DNA of 64,000 bases from positions 32,001 to 96,000 of the IMG/VR virus record IMGVR_UViG_3300014204_000128, one strand, 5' to 3'. Position 1 is the first letter of the stretch. The number at the start of each line of letters is the position of its first letter. The notes below the pieces were generated by a model. It was not told where the DNA came from, did no database searches, and saw only the letters and a list, made by a program, of their open reading frames with translations. Of this stretch, positions 28,868 to 37,892 are shown in pieces. The position numbers and the translations under genes were made by a program. Source of the stretch: a virus (lineage: Duplodnaviria > Caudoviricetes).

Positions 28868-29790
28868 GTAACTTATTCGGAAATCCCCACCTGGAAACTA
28901 AACGTAGTCTGAACGACTACTTCATAGTTAAACCTTTCTCGGTTCTCAATACAATGGAACAAGGGTGGATGAGAAGGAAAGCATGGTGGTGTGAAATAAT
29001 AACAAACAGGGGTAAGTCACGTGAAAGTGTCCTTTTCAAGAAGTCTGGAAAGGAGACTACAAAACTGGGTAACACTATACAGACATTTAACAACGGAGTA
29101 TCATTGTTTGACCCAGTACTATCAGAAGCAATGGTAAGATGGTTCTCCGAGAAAGGTTGGGTCATACTAGACCCATTCGCAGGTGATGAGTCAAGGGGTT
29201 TCGTTTCTTGTTATTTAGAAAGGAACTACGTGGGTATAGAGTTGAGACAGGAACAGGTGAACTTAAACAGGGACAGAGTTAAAGAAGCTGGGTTAACGGG
29301 TTACAAATATATTTGTGATACATCTCTTAATATGGACAAACACGTCCCAATGGAAGCGGTAGACATGATACTTACATGCCCTCCTTACGCATTCTTAGAA
29401 AAGTACTCTGACAATCCTGAAGATTTGTCAAATATGTCTGTTGAAGACTTTTTCAGGGTGTACGACCATATACTAAATAAGACATACAGTGTATTAAAGA
29501 ATAACAGGTTCGCTGTTGTAGTGGTATCTGAAGTAAGAGACAAGACTGGGGGATACATAGGTCTGGTAAATAAGACTATAGAATCGATGGAGAAAGCTGG
29601 ATACATGTACTACAACGAAATAATACTGCTTAACAATGTAGGAACACTCCGTTTCAGGGTAGGTAACCAGATGAACAGTGGAAGAAAAATAGGCAGGTTA
29701 CACCAGAACGTCCTAGTATTCTACAAGGGTAATGCATCAAAGATAAAGGAAAACTTTTCAAAACTAATAGGTGATGACAACGAAGAATAA
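28864..29790 (+). CDS. Amino-type DNA methyltransferase-fold protein (MTase 1)
   Basis: PFSVL, SLFDPVL, LDPFAG, GIELRQEQ, LTCPPY..LEKY, HQNVLVFYK. Confidence 0.85.
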   Translation: MSNLFGNPHLETKRSLNDYFIVKPFSVLNTMEQGWMRRKAWWCEIITNRGKSRESVLFKKSGKETTKLGNTIQTFNNGVSLFDPVLSEAMVRWFSEKGWVILDPFAGDESRGFVSCYLERNYVGIELRQEQVNLNRDRVKEAGLTGYKYICDTSLNMDKHVPMEAVDMILTCPPYAFLEKYSDNPEDLSNMSVEDFFRVYDHILNKTYSVLKNNRFAVVVVSEVRDKTGGYIGLVNKTIESMEKAGYMYYNEIILLNNVGTLRFRVGNQMNSGRKIGRLHQNVLVFYKGNASKIKENFSKLIGDDNEE

Positions 29791-30649
29791 TGTGACTGCT
29801 TTGACCCCTATAATACCATACGCTACAGTACTAGTTAAGAGGGAAGACATGTATGTAGAGGGTATGGTTAACGGAGGCAAGGTCAGGCAGTGCAGGATGT
29901 TGTTGGAGAATAATATAGACTTAATAAGAAATAGTTACGGTGGTCGTGTGGTGTGTTCAGTACATTTGCAGAGTCCACAGTCTGCAATTGTATCTCACGT
30001 GTGCAAGACACTAGGATTGGAATGTCATATAGTGGCTTACGGAACAACGGTTCCAAATACCCAGTTATCAATGGCAAAGAGGAACGGCGCTATACTGTAC
30101 GGTACTAAAAGTCCATACAGGACTACGCACGAGTTCATAATAAAGAACTATTTTTCTGACTGTTACTGGGTAAGGATGGGATTCGTTGATGACTCAATAG
30201 TTAACGCTACTCTGGCACAAGTGGAGAACATACCAGATTACTTGGATTATTTAGTTCTACCCATAGGAAGTGGGATAAACGCTGTCTCTGTAGTCAAGGG
30301 GTTAGAAAAGTATAATAAGAGTGTAAAGAATGTTATCGGTGTGTGGGTCGGTAAGAACAGAGAGCAGTTATTCAGGACAATGTTGGGTGAAGAATTAACT
30401 AGCAAGATAAAACTGGTTAAGGCTCATGTTGACTACAATACACATATTGACGTCGGTGTAGATTTCATTGATAGTGTATACGAGGCAAAAGCATGGCATT
30501 ACATGACTGAGAACATAGACACAAAAGTAAACAAGGTGCTGTTCTGGGTCGTGGGTACACGTAATGATACTAACGGGACTGAAGAACTTGTATGGCATGA
30601 TGCTAAAGAACGTGTTAAGTTCCGTATGTTTTCCAGGGGTGTTCAATAA
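29771..30649 (+). CDS. PLP-dependent enzyme, ACC deaminase/D-cysteine desulfhydrase-like (fold type II)
   Basis: LTPI..VKRED..GGKVRQ (Schiff-base Lys), LPIGSG, IDSVYEAKAW, LFWVVG. Confidence 0.8.
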   Translation: MMTTKNNVTALTPIIPYATVLVKREDMYVEGMVNGGKVRQCRMLLENNIDLIRNSYGGRVVCSVHLQSPQSAIVSHVCKTLGLECHIVAYGTTVPNTQLSMAKRNGAILYGTKSPYRTTHEFIIKNYFSDCYWVRMGFVDDSIVNATLAQVENIPDYLDYLVLPIGSGINAVSVVKGLEKYNKSVKNVIGVWVGKNREQLFRTMLGEELTSKIKLVKAHVDYNTHIDVGVDFIDSVYEAKAWHYMTENIDTKVNKVLFWVVGTRNDTNGTEELVWHDAKERVKFRMFSRGVQ

Positions 30650-30712
30650 AATATAAATAGTTGGTTAAGTTATAAAAATACTTTCACATACATATTTTGT
30701 AAAAATTGTATA

Positions 30713-30738
30713 AAAAATTTACAATAGATTTATATATT
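30713..30738 (+). promoter_or_regulatory. 26-bp phage promoter motif AAAAANTT-N9-TTATATATT
   Basis: One of 5 equally spaced copies. Confidence 0.65.
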
Positions 30739-30823
30739 GTTTGTGAAGACCACTTCTTTGTAGCAGTCCAGTAACTGCCGTTCCAGGTTGAGCCGACTAT
30801 TTCCGTAAATAGTCGGCTTTTTT
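30739..30823 (+). ncRNA. Putative ~85-nt small RNA
   Basis: Lies between the promoter motif and a terminator; two small hairpins; no ORF. Confidence 0.5.
30791..30823 (+). terminator. Intrinsic terminator
   Basis: Perfect 12-bp stem AGCCGACTATTT/AAATAGTCGGCT plus T run. Confidence 0.85.
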
Positions 30824-30833
30824 ATTCGTATAA

Positions 30834-32252
30834 TTGAAAAACATTAATGATATGGCAATTAAGGTAATAATAAGGCAGTTCGAAATAATAGAGGATGCAA
30901 AGTTAGTTCTGGATGGTTTGGTCGCACTTGTCGGAGAATCAAATAATGGTAAGACAGCAACATATAATGCATTGAAGGTGCTAACATATAACATACAAGG
31001 CACTGGTTACATCAGGAAGATAAATGGTAAACCATACCCAGCAGGTTGCTCTGTTGGTATACGTTTTGATGATACTAATTCAGAAGTAACTTTCGAGAAA
31101 TCTACATCACCTGTATACACGTTGAAAGTAGGAGACAGCAAACAGGTATTCGACAAAGCAGGCAGGGGACCAACACCTGAAGATGTTTCGTTATTATTGA
31201 ACATGGTTCCACTTGACATAGATGGTCTCTCAGTTAACTTGAACTTTGCTGACCAACTAGAAGAACCATTGCTACGTAAGTTGACAGACTTCCAACTGTA
31301 CAAGCTGGCTGTAAAGTCATCAGATGGGGAAAAGATACAGGAGGCTATTGCATTATGTAGGAAAGATACAGATGAAAAAGCAAAGGAACTTGTAAGGAAA
31401 GAAGAAGAAATAGTGGTACAGAAGAAGAGTAAGTTATCTCTAATAGCAGACTTGGACAGGTATTCAAATCTTATTGACATAAAGGTTGACTATGAGGTGT
31501 ATGATAAAATATGCAGGGTTTTACCTTATGTGATCACAATGGAAGGACAATACTCAGGCATAGTTAATAGCATATCAACGGTTGATGCTAATCTATCATT
31601 GTTTGAAAAACACGGTGTCATTTTCAGGAACTATGATGTTGCTAAGAAACTAATAGCAACACTTAATTATGTTGTATCAGTAAGTGATGACTATGAAAAG
31701 ATAGTAACTAATATAAATGTAACAGAAAAGAAATTAGATTCTTTGAACAAACTCAATGACTTAGAGAAAGAAAAAATATCTTACACACTGGGGGTTGGGA
31801 AATTAAGACTAGCACTAGAATATAATAATAGTTTGCTTAATATAGAAGCGGAATCTAATATTGTAAGTACTGGATTAACAACCCTAGGCAATAACCTTTC
31901 TACTTTGACTAATGATCTAATGTCATATAAAGACAGTGTAAAGAAATTATCAGATACAGTCTCGTTTAAAGAAGAGTACGAAAGTATATCAAATAGAATA
32001 AATTCAGTAACAAGTCAACTAGAAACGTATACAGACATAAGTGGTTTCGACAAGTACAAGAAAACATGCACAAGTTTGAATATACTACCAGTTCTCGGTA
32101 ATCAGCAACAAATGGTATCTAAGAGATTATGTGGTATAGAAGAAGAATTGAAACTAATAGAAACTGATAGGGCATCTACTCAATACATGATCGATAATCA
32201 TGTTTGTCCTGTATGTGGTATGGATGAAACAGGTAAAAAATGTAATCATTAA
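30834..32252 (+). CDS. SbcC/Rad50-like ATPase, N-terminal half
   Basis: Walker A GESNNGKT, Q-loop-like NFADQ, long coiled coil, terminal zinc hook CPVC. Likely start is 30852. Confidence 0.8.
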   Translation: MKNINDMAIKVIIRQFEIIEDAKLVLDGLVALVGESNNGKTATYNALKVLTYNIQGTGYIRKINGKPYPAGCSVGIRFDDTNSEVTFEKSTSPVYTLKVGDSKQVFDKAGRGPTPEDVSLLLNMVPLDIDGLSVNLNFADQLEEPLLRKLTDFQLYKLAVKSSDGEKIQEAIALCRKDTDEKAKELVRKEEEIVVQKKSKLSLIADLDRYSNLIDIKVDYEVYDKICRVLPYVITMEGQYSGIVNSISTVDANLSLFEKHGVIFRNYDVAKKLIATLNYVVSVSDDYEKIVTNINVTEKKLDSLNKLNDLEKEKISYTLGVGKLRLALEYNNSLLNIEAESNIVSTGLTTLGNNLSTLTNDLMSYKDSVKKLSDTVSFKEEYESISNRINSVTSQLETYTDISGFDKYKKTCTSLNILPVLGNQQQMVSKRLCGIEEELKLIETDRASTQYMIDNHVCPVCGMDETGKKCNH

Positions 32253-32263
32253 AATAAAATAGT

Positions 32264-32584
32264 ATGGCAGATTTTAACACAAATGCAACTGAGTTCAACA
32301 GCAACCTAGTAGCAAGGATAGAAGCATTATCAAGGAAAAAAGAAGCATTGTTAACTGAAAAGTCAATGTTGGACAAACAGAAGGCAGACTTGTCTGAAAA
32401 GATAAAAGCCCAGGGTTTCGATCCAGACAAATTACCGGATGAGATAAATAAGCTCACTGTAGCAAAACAGACGTTTGAAGCAAAAGCTCTGCCAATATTG
32501 GAGGAACTAGAAAAAGGAGTTCAGACAATGAACAATACATCACATGCAGTAGGGGCGTTTCCAGGATTTGAAAACATGATGTAA
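32264..32584 (+). CDS. Coiled-coil protein between the SbcC halves
   Basis: 106 aa, heptad-rich. Confidence 0.6.
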   Translation: MADFNTNATEFNSNLVARIEALSRKKEALLTEKSMLDKQKADLSEKIKAQGFDPDKLPDEINKLTVAKQTFEAKALPILEELEKGVQTMNNTSHAVGAFPGFENMM

Positions 32585-33219
32585 TGGAAACACAGTCTAT
32601 ACGTGACAGGTGTTTCAACTTATACATAAGACACGATGAAATACTGCGTCAGAAGAAGAACATCGAGGTAATAATAGAAGGTTTGGAGGGTGAAGTTAAG
32701 AAGATAGCATCTGACAAGCAGGAACTAGATGAAGTGTGGGAAACACTCAGGGACTTGCTTGACAAATTCTCGGCTGAATCTATATGCATGCTCAAGGAGC
32801 TACTTAACAAGGGTCTCAAATCTATATTCCAGGACAGGGACTACGAGATAAACGTGTCTATAAGTGATACAAAGAACAAGAAGTTGAAGTTGTTACTGGT
32901 TGAACACACAGAAACAGGAATGGTAGAGGTAGAACTAGGTTCAGGTACTCTACTGATGAATGGTGGTGGTGTTCTAGTAGTGGTATCATTTATATTTCAA
33001 GTGTTCTTGATAGTCATGTACGGGAAGAGAAAATTCATGTGTATAGATGAAGGGTTCACTAACATTTCATCAACATACGTGGAGGGTTTCTTCAAATTTT
33101 TAAAGTACTTGCATACTGAAATGGGTTTCACATTCTTAATGGTAAACCATGACCAACGGTTCATGCCTTACTTCGATAAAGTTTACGATGTATCAATGGG
33201 TAAGATAACAGCAAAATAA
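32584..33219 (+). CDS. SbcC/Rad50-like ATPase, C-terminal half
   Basis: Coiled coil, signature-like MNGGG, Walker B MCIDEGF, H-loop VNHD. Confidence 0.8.
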   Translation: METQSIRDRCFNLYIRHDEILRQKKNIEVIIEGLEGEVKKIASDKQELDEVWETLRDLLDKFSAESICMLKELLNKGLKSIFQDRDYEINVSISDTKNKKLKLLLVEHTETGMVEVELGSGTLLMNGGGVLVVVSFIFQVFLIVMYGKRKFMCIDEGFTNISSTYVEGFFKFLKYLHTEMGFTFLMVNHDQRFMPYFDKVYDVSMGKITAK

Positions 33220-33397
33220 TACTAACTATGTTAAATGAAGGCAGGCTTGACATACTAGAAAATATAAAGGAAAGGTATGAAAAGAACGTGGAATATTTAT
33301 CAACACTTGAAGATAGAGATCCTGACAAGGGGAAACTAGAATATAATAAGACAAGACTATCAGAAATTATACAACTCATAAATAAAATAAAGTCATA

Positions 33398-33736
33398 ATG
33401 TGCGAAAATGAAAAAGTTTTAGAAACACTATACATGTCACTGCGTAAACCAGCACATACTGAAGTAGGTGTATCTAGGTCTACATTACAGGAAGCAGGGT
33501 GGGATGGTACAATGCCAACACAGGTTTTCACAAAGTTTGAACAGTACTGGGTAAGGTTCGTTCCTGTACATCACACGTATAAGATAATAAAAGTAGAACG
33601 GTGGATGCTGGAACAAAAATCAGAACAACAGGTTGATATGAACGCACCTCTGCCTATATCAGGCAAACCCAAATTCAATTTGAAAGAAATGTACAAGACA
33701 CAAGTAAAAGATGGAGACAAACCAAAGACAGAATAA
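33398..33736 (+). CDS. Hypothetical protein
   Basis: 112-aa ORF. Confidence 0.55.
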   Translation: MCENEKVLETLYMSLRKPAHTEVGVSRSTLQEAGWDGTMPTQVFTKFEQYWVRFVPVHHTYKIIKVERWMLEQKSEQQVDMNAPLPISGKPKFNLKEMYKTQVKDGDKPKTE

Positions 33737-34070
33737 AAGTGTGAGCAATCCACATACTATTGTAGTTGGGATGTCTGTATTAGTCACACACTGGTACAGA
33801 TCACGTGCCCTTGAGTATAGAGTTACTCGACTGGACAATGATTACTTTTACACAACTGGTGGTTTCAAATTTAATTTGCAAACATTAATACAGGATAACG
33901 GGGGTTATGCTCCCTTATACACTCTTTATCTATCACAAGAAGATTACAAGCAAAAGATGATAGAAGAAGAATTAAGAAATGAATTAAAGACTCTTATAAA
34001 GAGTAACTATTTTGACAAGTCAAGCATAGATATTGTAAAGAAGGTATTAAATCTGATAAAAAATCCATAA
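33711..34070 (+). CDS. Hypothetical protein
   Basis: 119-aa ORF. Confidence 0.55.
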   Translation: METNQRQNKSVSNPHTIVVGMSVLVTHWYRSRALEYRVTRLDNDYFYTTGGFKFNLQTLIQDNGGYAPLYTLYLSQEDYKQKMIEEELRNELKTLIKSNYFDKSSIDIVKKVLNLIKNP

Positions 34071-34071
34071 T

Positions 34072-34995
34072 ATGAAATTTTACTTTGCAACGGACATACA
34101 CTTATCCTCTGTTATTCCCGGGGCACGTATAGATAACTATACTGAAACAGTGTTCTCAAAGATAGAATACTTACTTGAACAATGTAGTAAGGACAAAGCA
34201 GTTCTGTTACTAGGGGGCGACTTGTTCATGACACCAACACAACCTGACTGGATAAAGAATAGATTAAAAGACTTGATACTCAAATACAGTGTCAGGGTTA
34301 TATCTATAGTTGGGAACCACGACCTAGTTCATTACAATGTCGATTATATAGAGAGGACATCATTCCAGACACTCGTTAGTCCTGGAATTATAGACTTCCT
34401 GCACCCCCTTAGTAATAGTTACATACAGATAGATGACTGGAAGATAGTGGGGCACGCTTTCGCACAGAATTTCCCAGTGGACGGTGGGGTAATAGATAGC
34501 AAGACTATCGTGCTGTCTCATTGCTTTTATGACTACAGTAAAGAGGATAAGTTATCGGTTCACAGGCAAGAAGTGTACAGGTCAGGTGCTAAATTCATTT
34601 GCTTCGGTCACGATCACAACCAATATCCTGTTGAAGATAATAATGGGACACTAGTAGTAAGACCTGGAGCACTCACAAGGGGGACATCTCATACAGAAAA
34701 TAGGGTAAGACAGGTAGGTTACGCAATTATAGACACGGATACATTACAAGTAACATATGCAAGTATACCGTTCGCAATGGGTTTCAAGGAAGTATTCAGG
34801 GAAAAATATGATGTTGAAAGGGTTCGGGAACCAATAACGTTTGCAGAAATACAGTCTTTTATTGATGAACTCAGGAATGCCAAACTAGACGTGAATCCAT
34901 ACAACATACTGCTAAATTTGAATAAAAGGGAAGTTATAGTCAGGAAGTGTACTAACTACTTAGAAGCAGTAGGTTTGATAAATGAAGGGGCTTGA
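34072..34995 (+). CDS. SbcD/Mre11-like metallophosphoesterase nuclease
   Basis: TDIH, GGDLF, GNHD, LSH, FGHDH, RPGAL. Confidence 0.9.
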   Translation: MKFYFATDIHLSSVIPGARIDNYTETVFSKIEYLLEQCSKDKAVLLLGGDLFMTPTQPDWIKNRLKDLILKYSVRVISIVGNHDLVHYNVDYIERTSFQTLVSPGIIDFLHPLSNSYIQIDDWKIVGHAFAQNFPVDGGVIDSKTIVLSHCFYDYSKEDKLSVHRQEVYRSGAKFICFGHDHNQYPVEDNNGTLVVRPGALTRGTSHTENRVRQVGYAIIDTDTLQVTYASIPFAMGFKEVFREKYDVERVREPITFAEIQSFIDELRNAKLDVNPYNILLNLNKREVIVRKCTNYLEAVGLINEGA

Positions 34996-35035
34996 TATTT
35001 CGTATATAATTAGTTAATAGGTAAATCTTGAAAAG

Positions 35036-36289
35036 ATGGTAGAAGGTGATAAACTTAAAGAGTTCTCATTTGATGATGAACAGAAAACAGAAGGAACAGT
35101 TCCAATGGGAACTGTAGTAAGTGATGATGCTGTATTAAAAGAAACAGTCGAAAAGGCAATGACTGAAGAAAAGGTAGAAAGGGACTTTGATAATTTCATG
35201 ACATTCTCAGAAGGTTTACCTAGTATAGTATTCGACAAGAGAGACATTGCTCATTTCGTGGACATGGTAGGTTACCATTCAAGACTGGGGTATGATAACT
35301 ACACGCTATCATTCAAACTAGATACAGAGGGTTACGACAAAACAGGTACGGTTAAACTAGTCTATAATAACGGTACTGTACTGTGTATATCTGAAGTTAA
35401 AGTCAAGATGTCAGGAGTTGTTTCCAATTTCATAATCTCAGTTGAAACAATGTTGAAAGTATTCTCAGCAAGCCATGGGTACATGTTCTTATTCGAGGAG
35501 AACTCAAATATATACGGGTATGTTCTCGGTGGTAGGGTATACTTAGAAACATATAAGGTCACAGTAGACATATGTGCAAAGGAATACTTGATGGAGCAAA
35601 TGAGTACTAGTGTGATTGAAGAGACTTCTACGGATCAGAAGTTTATCAGCACGCTTAAAATGCTTTACGAGGTTGTCAAGTCAGGTTCTCGCATAGAAGA
35701 GAAAGCAATATATTTCGAAAAAGACGCGACGTACATATACGCTGGAATAGTCATGGGAATGTTCGAAGGTCTCGGTTTGAAACTTACATTGCAGGACATA
35801 GATATCAACACGTTATCAAAATATTTCTTTGACACTGAAGGTATAATTAAAATCAACGACCATGGCATATTCCTGAAATTCACTTCAAACGGTCGTGAAG
35901 TATACTTGCAGAAACGTGGCTTGACACTATCAGATGACATGAAGTATACTGATTTCTCTGGTAAGGGTAGTATACAGGTTCCAATATCTAGTGTGAACTC
36001 CATAGTATCATTCCTTATAGGTATGTCTAATAATACGGGCATTGCTAGTCTTGAAAGTGAAAATGACAACCTTAAAATAACATGTTACCAGAAATCGTTG
36101 TGTGATAAATCGCTGTTCTCAATAAAAGGTCCATCAGTAGGTGATGGGTTATCCGAAATAAAAGTGCCACTGTCTACTTTAAAGACGTTCACAAAAGTAT
36201 TCAATAGTCAGGTAACATTCAGGAACAACGGTTCCAAGTTGTACCTTAGTGGTATCGAAGGTAAATTAGTAATATTCGGAAATCAGTAA
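35036..36289 (+). CDS. Hypothetical protein, candidate sliding clamp
   Basis: Size and repeating beta/alpha pattern fit a clamp, and the genome encodes a clamp loader; no diagnostic motif seen. Confidence 0.3.
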   Translation: MVEGDKLKEFSFDDEQKTEGTVPMGTVVSDDAVLKETVEKAMTEEKVERDFDNFMTFSEGLPSIVFDKRDIAHFVDMVGYHSRLGYDNYTLSFKLDTEGYDKTGTVKLVYNNGTVLCISEVKVKMSGVVSNFIISVETMLKVFSASHGYMFLFEENSNIYGYVLGGRVYLETYKVTVDICAKEYLMEQMSTSVIEETSTDQKFISTLKMLYEVVKSGSRIEEKAIYFEKDATYIYAGIVMGMFEGLGLKLTLQDIDINTLSKYFFDTEGIIKINDHGIFLKFTSNGREVYLQKRGLTLSDDMKYTDFSGKGSIQVPISSVNSIVSFLIGMSNNTGIASLESENDNLKITCYQKSLCDKSLFSIKGPSVGDGLSEIKVPLSTLKTFTKVFNSQVTFRNNGSKLYLSGIEGKLVIFGNQ

Positions 36290-36292
36290 TAT

Positions 36293-36565
36293 ATGAGCAA
36301 TACAGGGAAATCTTTAACAGTCACGATGTGCTTGTTATCTCGTTTGAAAGAACGGGACAACAAGGACAAAGTTTTAGATGCCGTGCAAAACATATTAGTA
36401 GGCTCGGGGGTATGTACAGAAAAGGAAATATTAGAAGTGGAACAAAGATTCTCTGAGTTCATAAACATGGTGTTAAGTGGTATAAATGAACGGAGTTTAA
36501 CATACGACGAGTCATATAAGAAAGCGCAAAGTAAGTATCCAGAATTCAAAATTAATCCTAATTGA
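36293..36565 (+). CDS. Hypothetical protein
   Basis: 90-aa ORF. Confidence 0.55.
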   Translation: MSNTGKSLTVTMCLLSRLKERDNKDKVLDAVQNILVGSGVCTEKEILEVEQRFSEFINMVLSGINERSLTYDESYKKAQSKYPEFKINPN

Positions 36566-36569
36566 AATT

Positions 36570-37214
36570 ATGAAAGCAAAATTAAATGATCTAATGGTAG
36601 TCAGGGATCTAATGAATAGCAAGTTAGATTCAAAGAATAAGAGATTCTCGTATGCTCTTGAAAAGAACATAACAAAAGTAATAACATTAGAAAAACACGC
36701 AAAGAATAGGGTGTACAAGTTGCCTATATTCGCTGATAGTGACGACTTCAAAAAGTTCTACACCAGTTTGCAGAAGTTAATAGAACAGCATGCTAAAAGA
36801 GATGAAGCAGGGCATAAACTGTATGACAGTAATGACAATATCATTACAAATGATGTCACTTTATACACTGAAGCACTTAAAAATTTAAGGGAATCAGAAC
36901 AAAAAGGGGCAGCAATATTCGACAGAAGAATGGAGGCACTTAATACCATGGGTGAAACAATGGTAGACATAGAATTCAAGCTGCTGCTGGATGAAGACTG
37001 TATTCCAGAAGACTTCAGTACACGAGACAGGATGAATTTCAGGTTCATGATGGATAGCTCACTCATACCTTCTGAACTATTCGAAGAAGTAAAGGAAGAA
37101 CTGGCAGAAAGTCACCAAGTTCAGGAAGACGTACCAGAAGTAAAAACGGAAGAAAGTGTCGAAGAGAAACAGGTAAAAGTGAAAATAGCAAAGAAACCAA
37201 TAACTAAGAAATAG
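36570..37214 (+). CDS. Hypothetical protein
   Basis: 214-aa helical ORF with a charged tail. Confidence 0.6.
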   Translation: MKAKLNDLMVVRDLMNSKLDSKNKRFSYALEKNITKVITLEKHAKNRVYKLPIFADSDDFKKFYTSLQKLIEQHAKRDEAGHKLYDSNDNIITNDVTLYTEALKNLRESEQKGAAIFDRRMEALNTMGETMVDIEFKLLLDEDCIPEDFSTRDRMNFRFMMDSSLIPSELFEEVKEELAESHQVQEDVPEVKTEESVEEKQVKVKIAKKPITKK

Positions 37215-37217
37215 ACT

Positions 37218-37892
37218 ATGGCTTTGAATGTTAATGTAGATGTGTTTTCGAATAAGGATATACGTGAAGCAGTAACAGTAATTAGAGACGTAGCAAGCAG
37301 AAGGAAACTAGGTATACCCAGATGGGACAATGTCTTAGACATGTACCCATACTCGGGTACTGTAGTGATACCGGTTAAGATTGGGGCACGTGTCTTCAAA
37401 GAACCATTTTATTTCGTAATAGAAAAAGTAAACGATAGAGAAAGTCTGCGTATAAAACCAGTAAAGGGAGACCAGTGGTCACTTGGTGACGTGTATGGTT
37501 TCTTTGGTCTGTATGATTTCTTTGATTACACTCTGGATATGCCTATACTAGTCGTGGAAGGTTTAAGTGATTGGGCTGCTGTAAAGCCTTACTACAAGTA
37601 CACACTCTCATCATTATCGGCATGGGTCGGTTACAGACAGTGTTTTTTCATAAGTGGTATTAGTAGCAACATATTCCTGGGGTACGACTTGGACGAAACA
37701 GGGGATAAAAACAAGAACAGGAATAGTGAAACACTAAACAAGATGGGTGCAAATGTAGGTTTCTTGCAGCCACCACAAAAGGACTGGGGTCACATGTTCG
37801 AAAGTGATTTCGGTAAGATGCTTTTAGAAAAAACAATGTTAGGTTTCATGGAAAAAGTAAACAGTATAAACAGGAAAATATTATACAAGTAA
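37218..37892 (+). CDS. DnaG-like primase TOPRIM-domain protein
   Basis: ILVVEGLSDW, GYDLDETG, QKDWG. Confidence 0.7.
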   Translation: MALNVNVDVFSNKDIREAVTVIRDVASRRKLGIPRWDNVLDMYPYSGTVVIPVKIGARVFKEPFYFVIEKVNDRESLRIKPVKGDQWSLGDVYGFFGLYDFFDYTLDMPILVVEGLSDWAAVKPYYKYTLSSLSAWVGYRQCFFISGISSNIFLGYDLDETGDKNKNRNSETLNKMGANVGFLQPPQKDWGHMFESDFGKMLLEKTMLGFMEKVNSINRKILYK

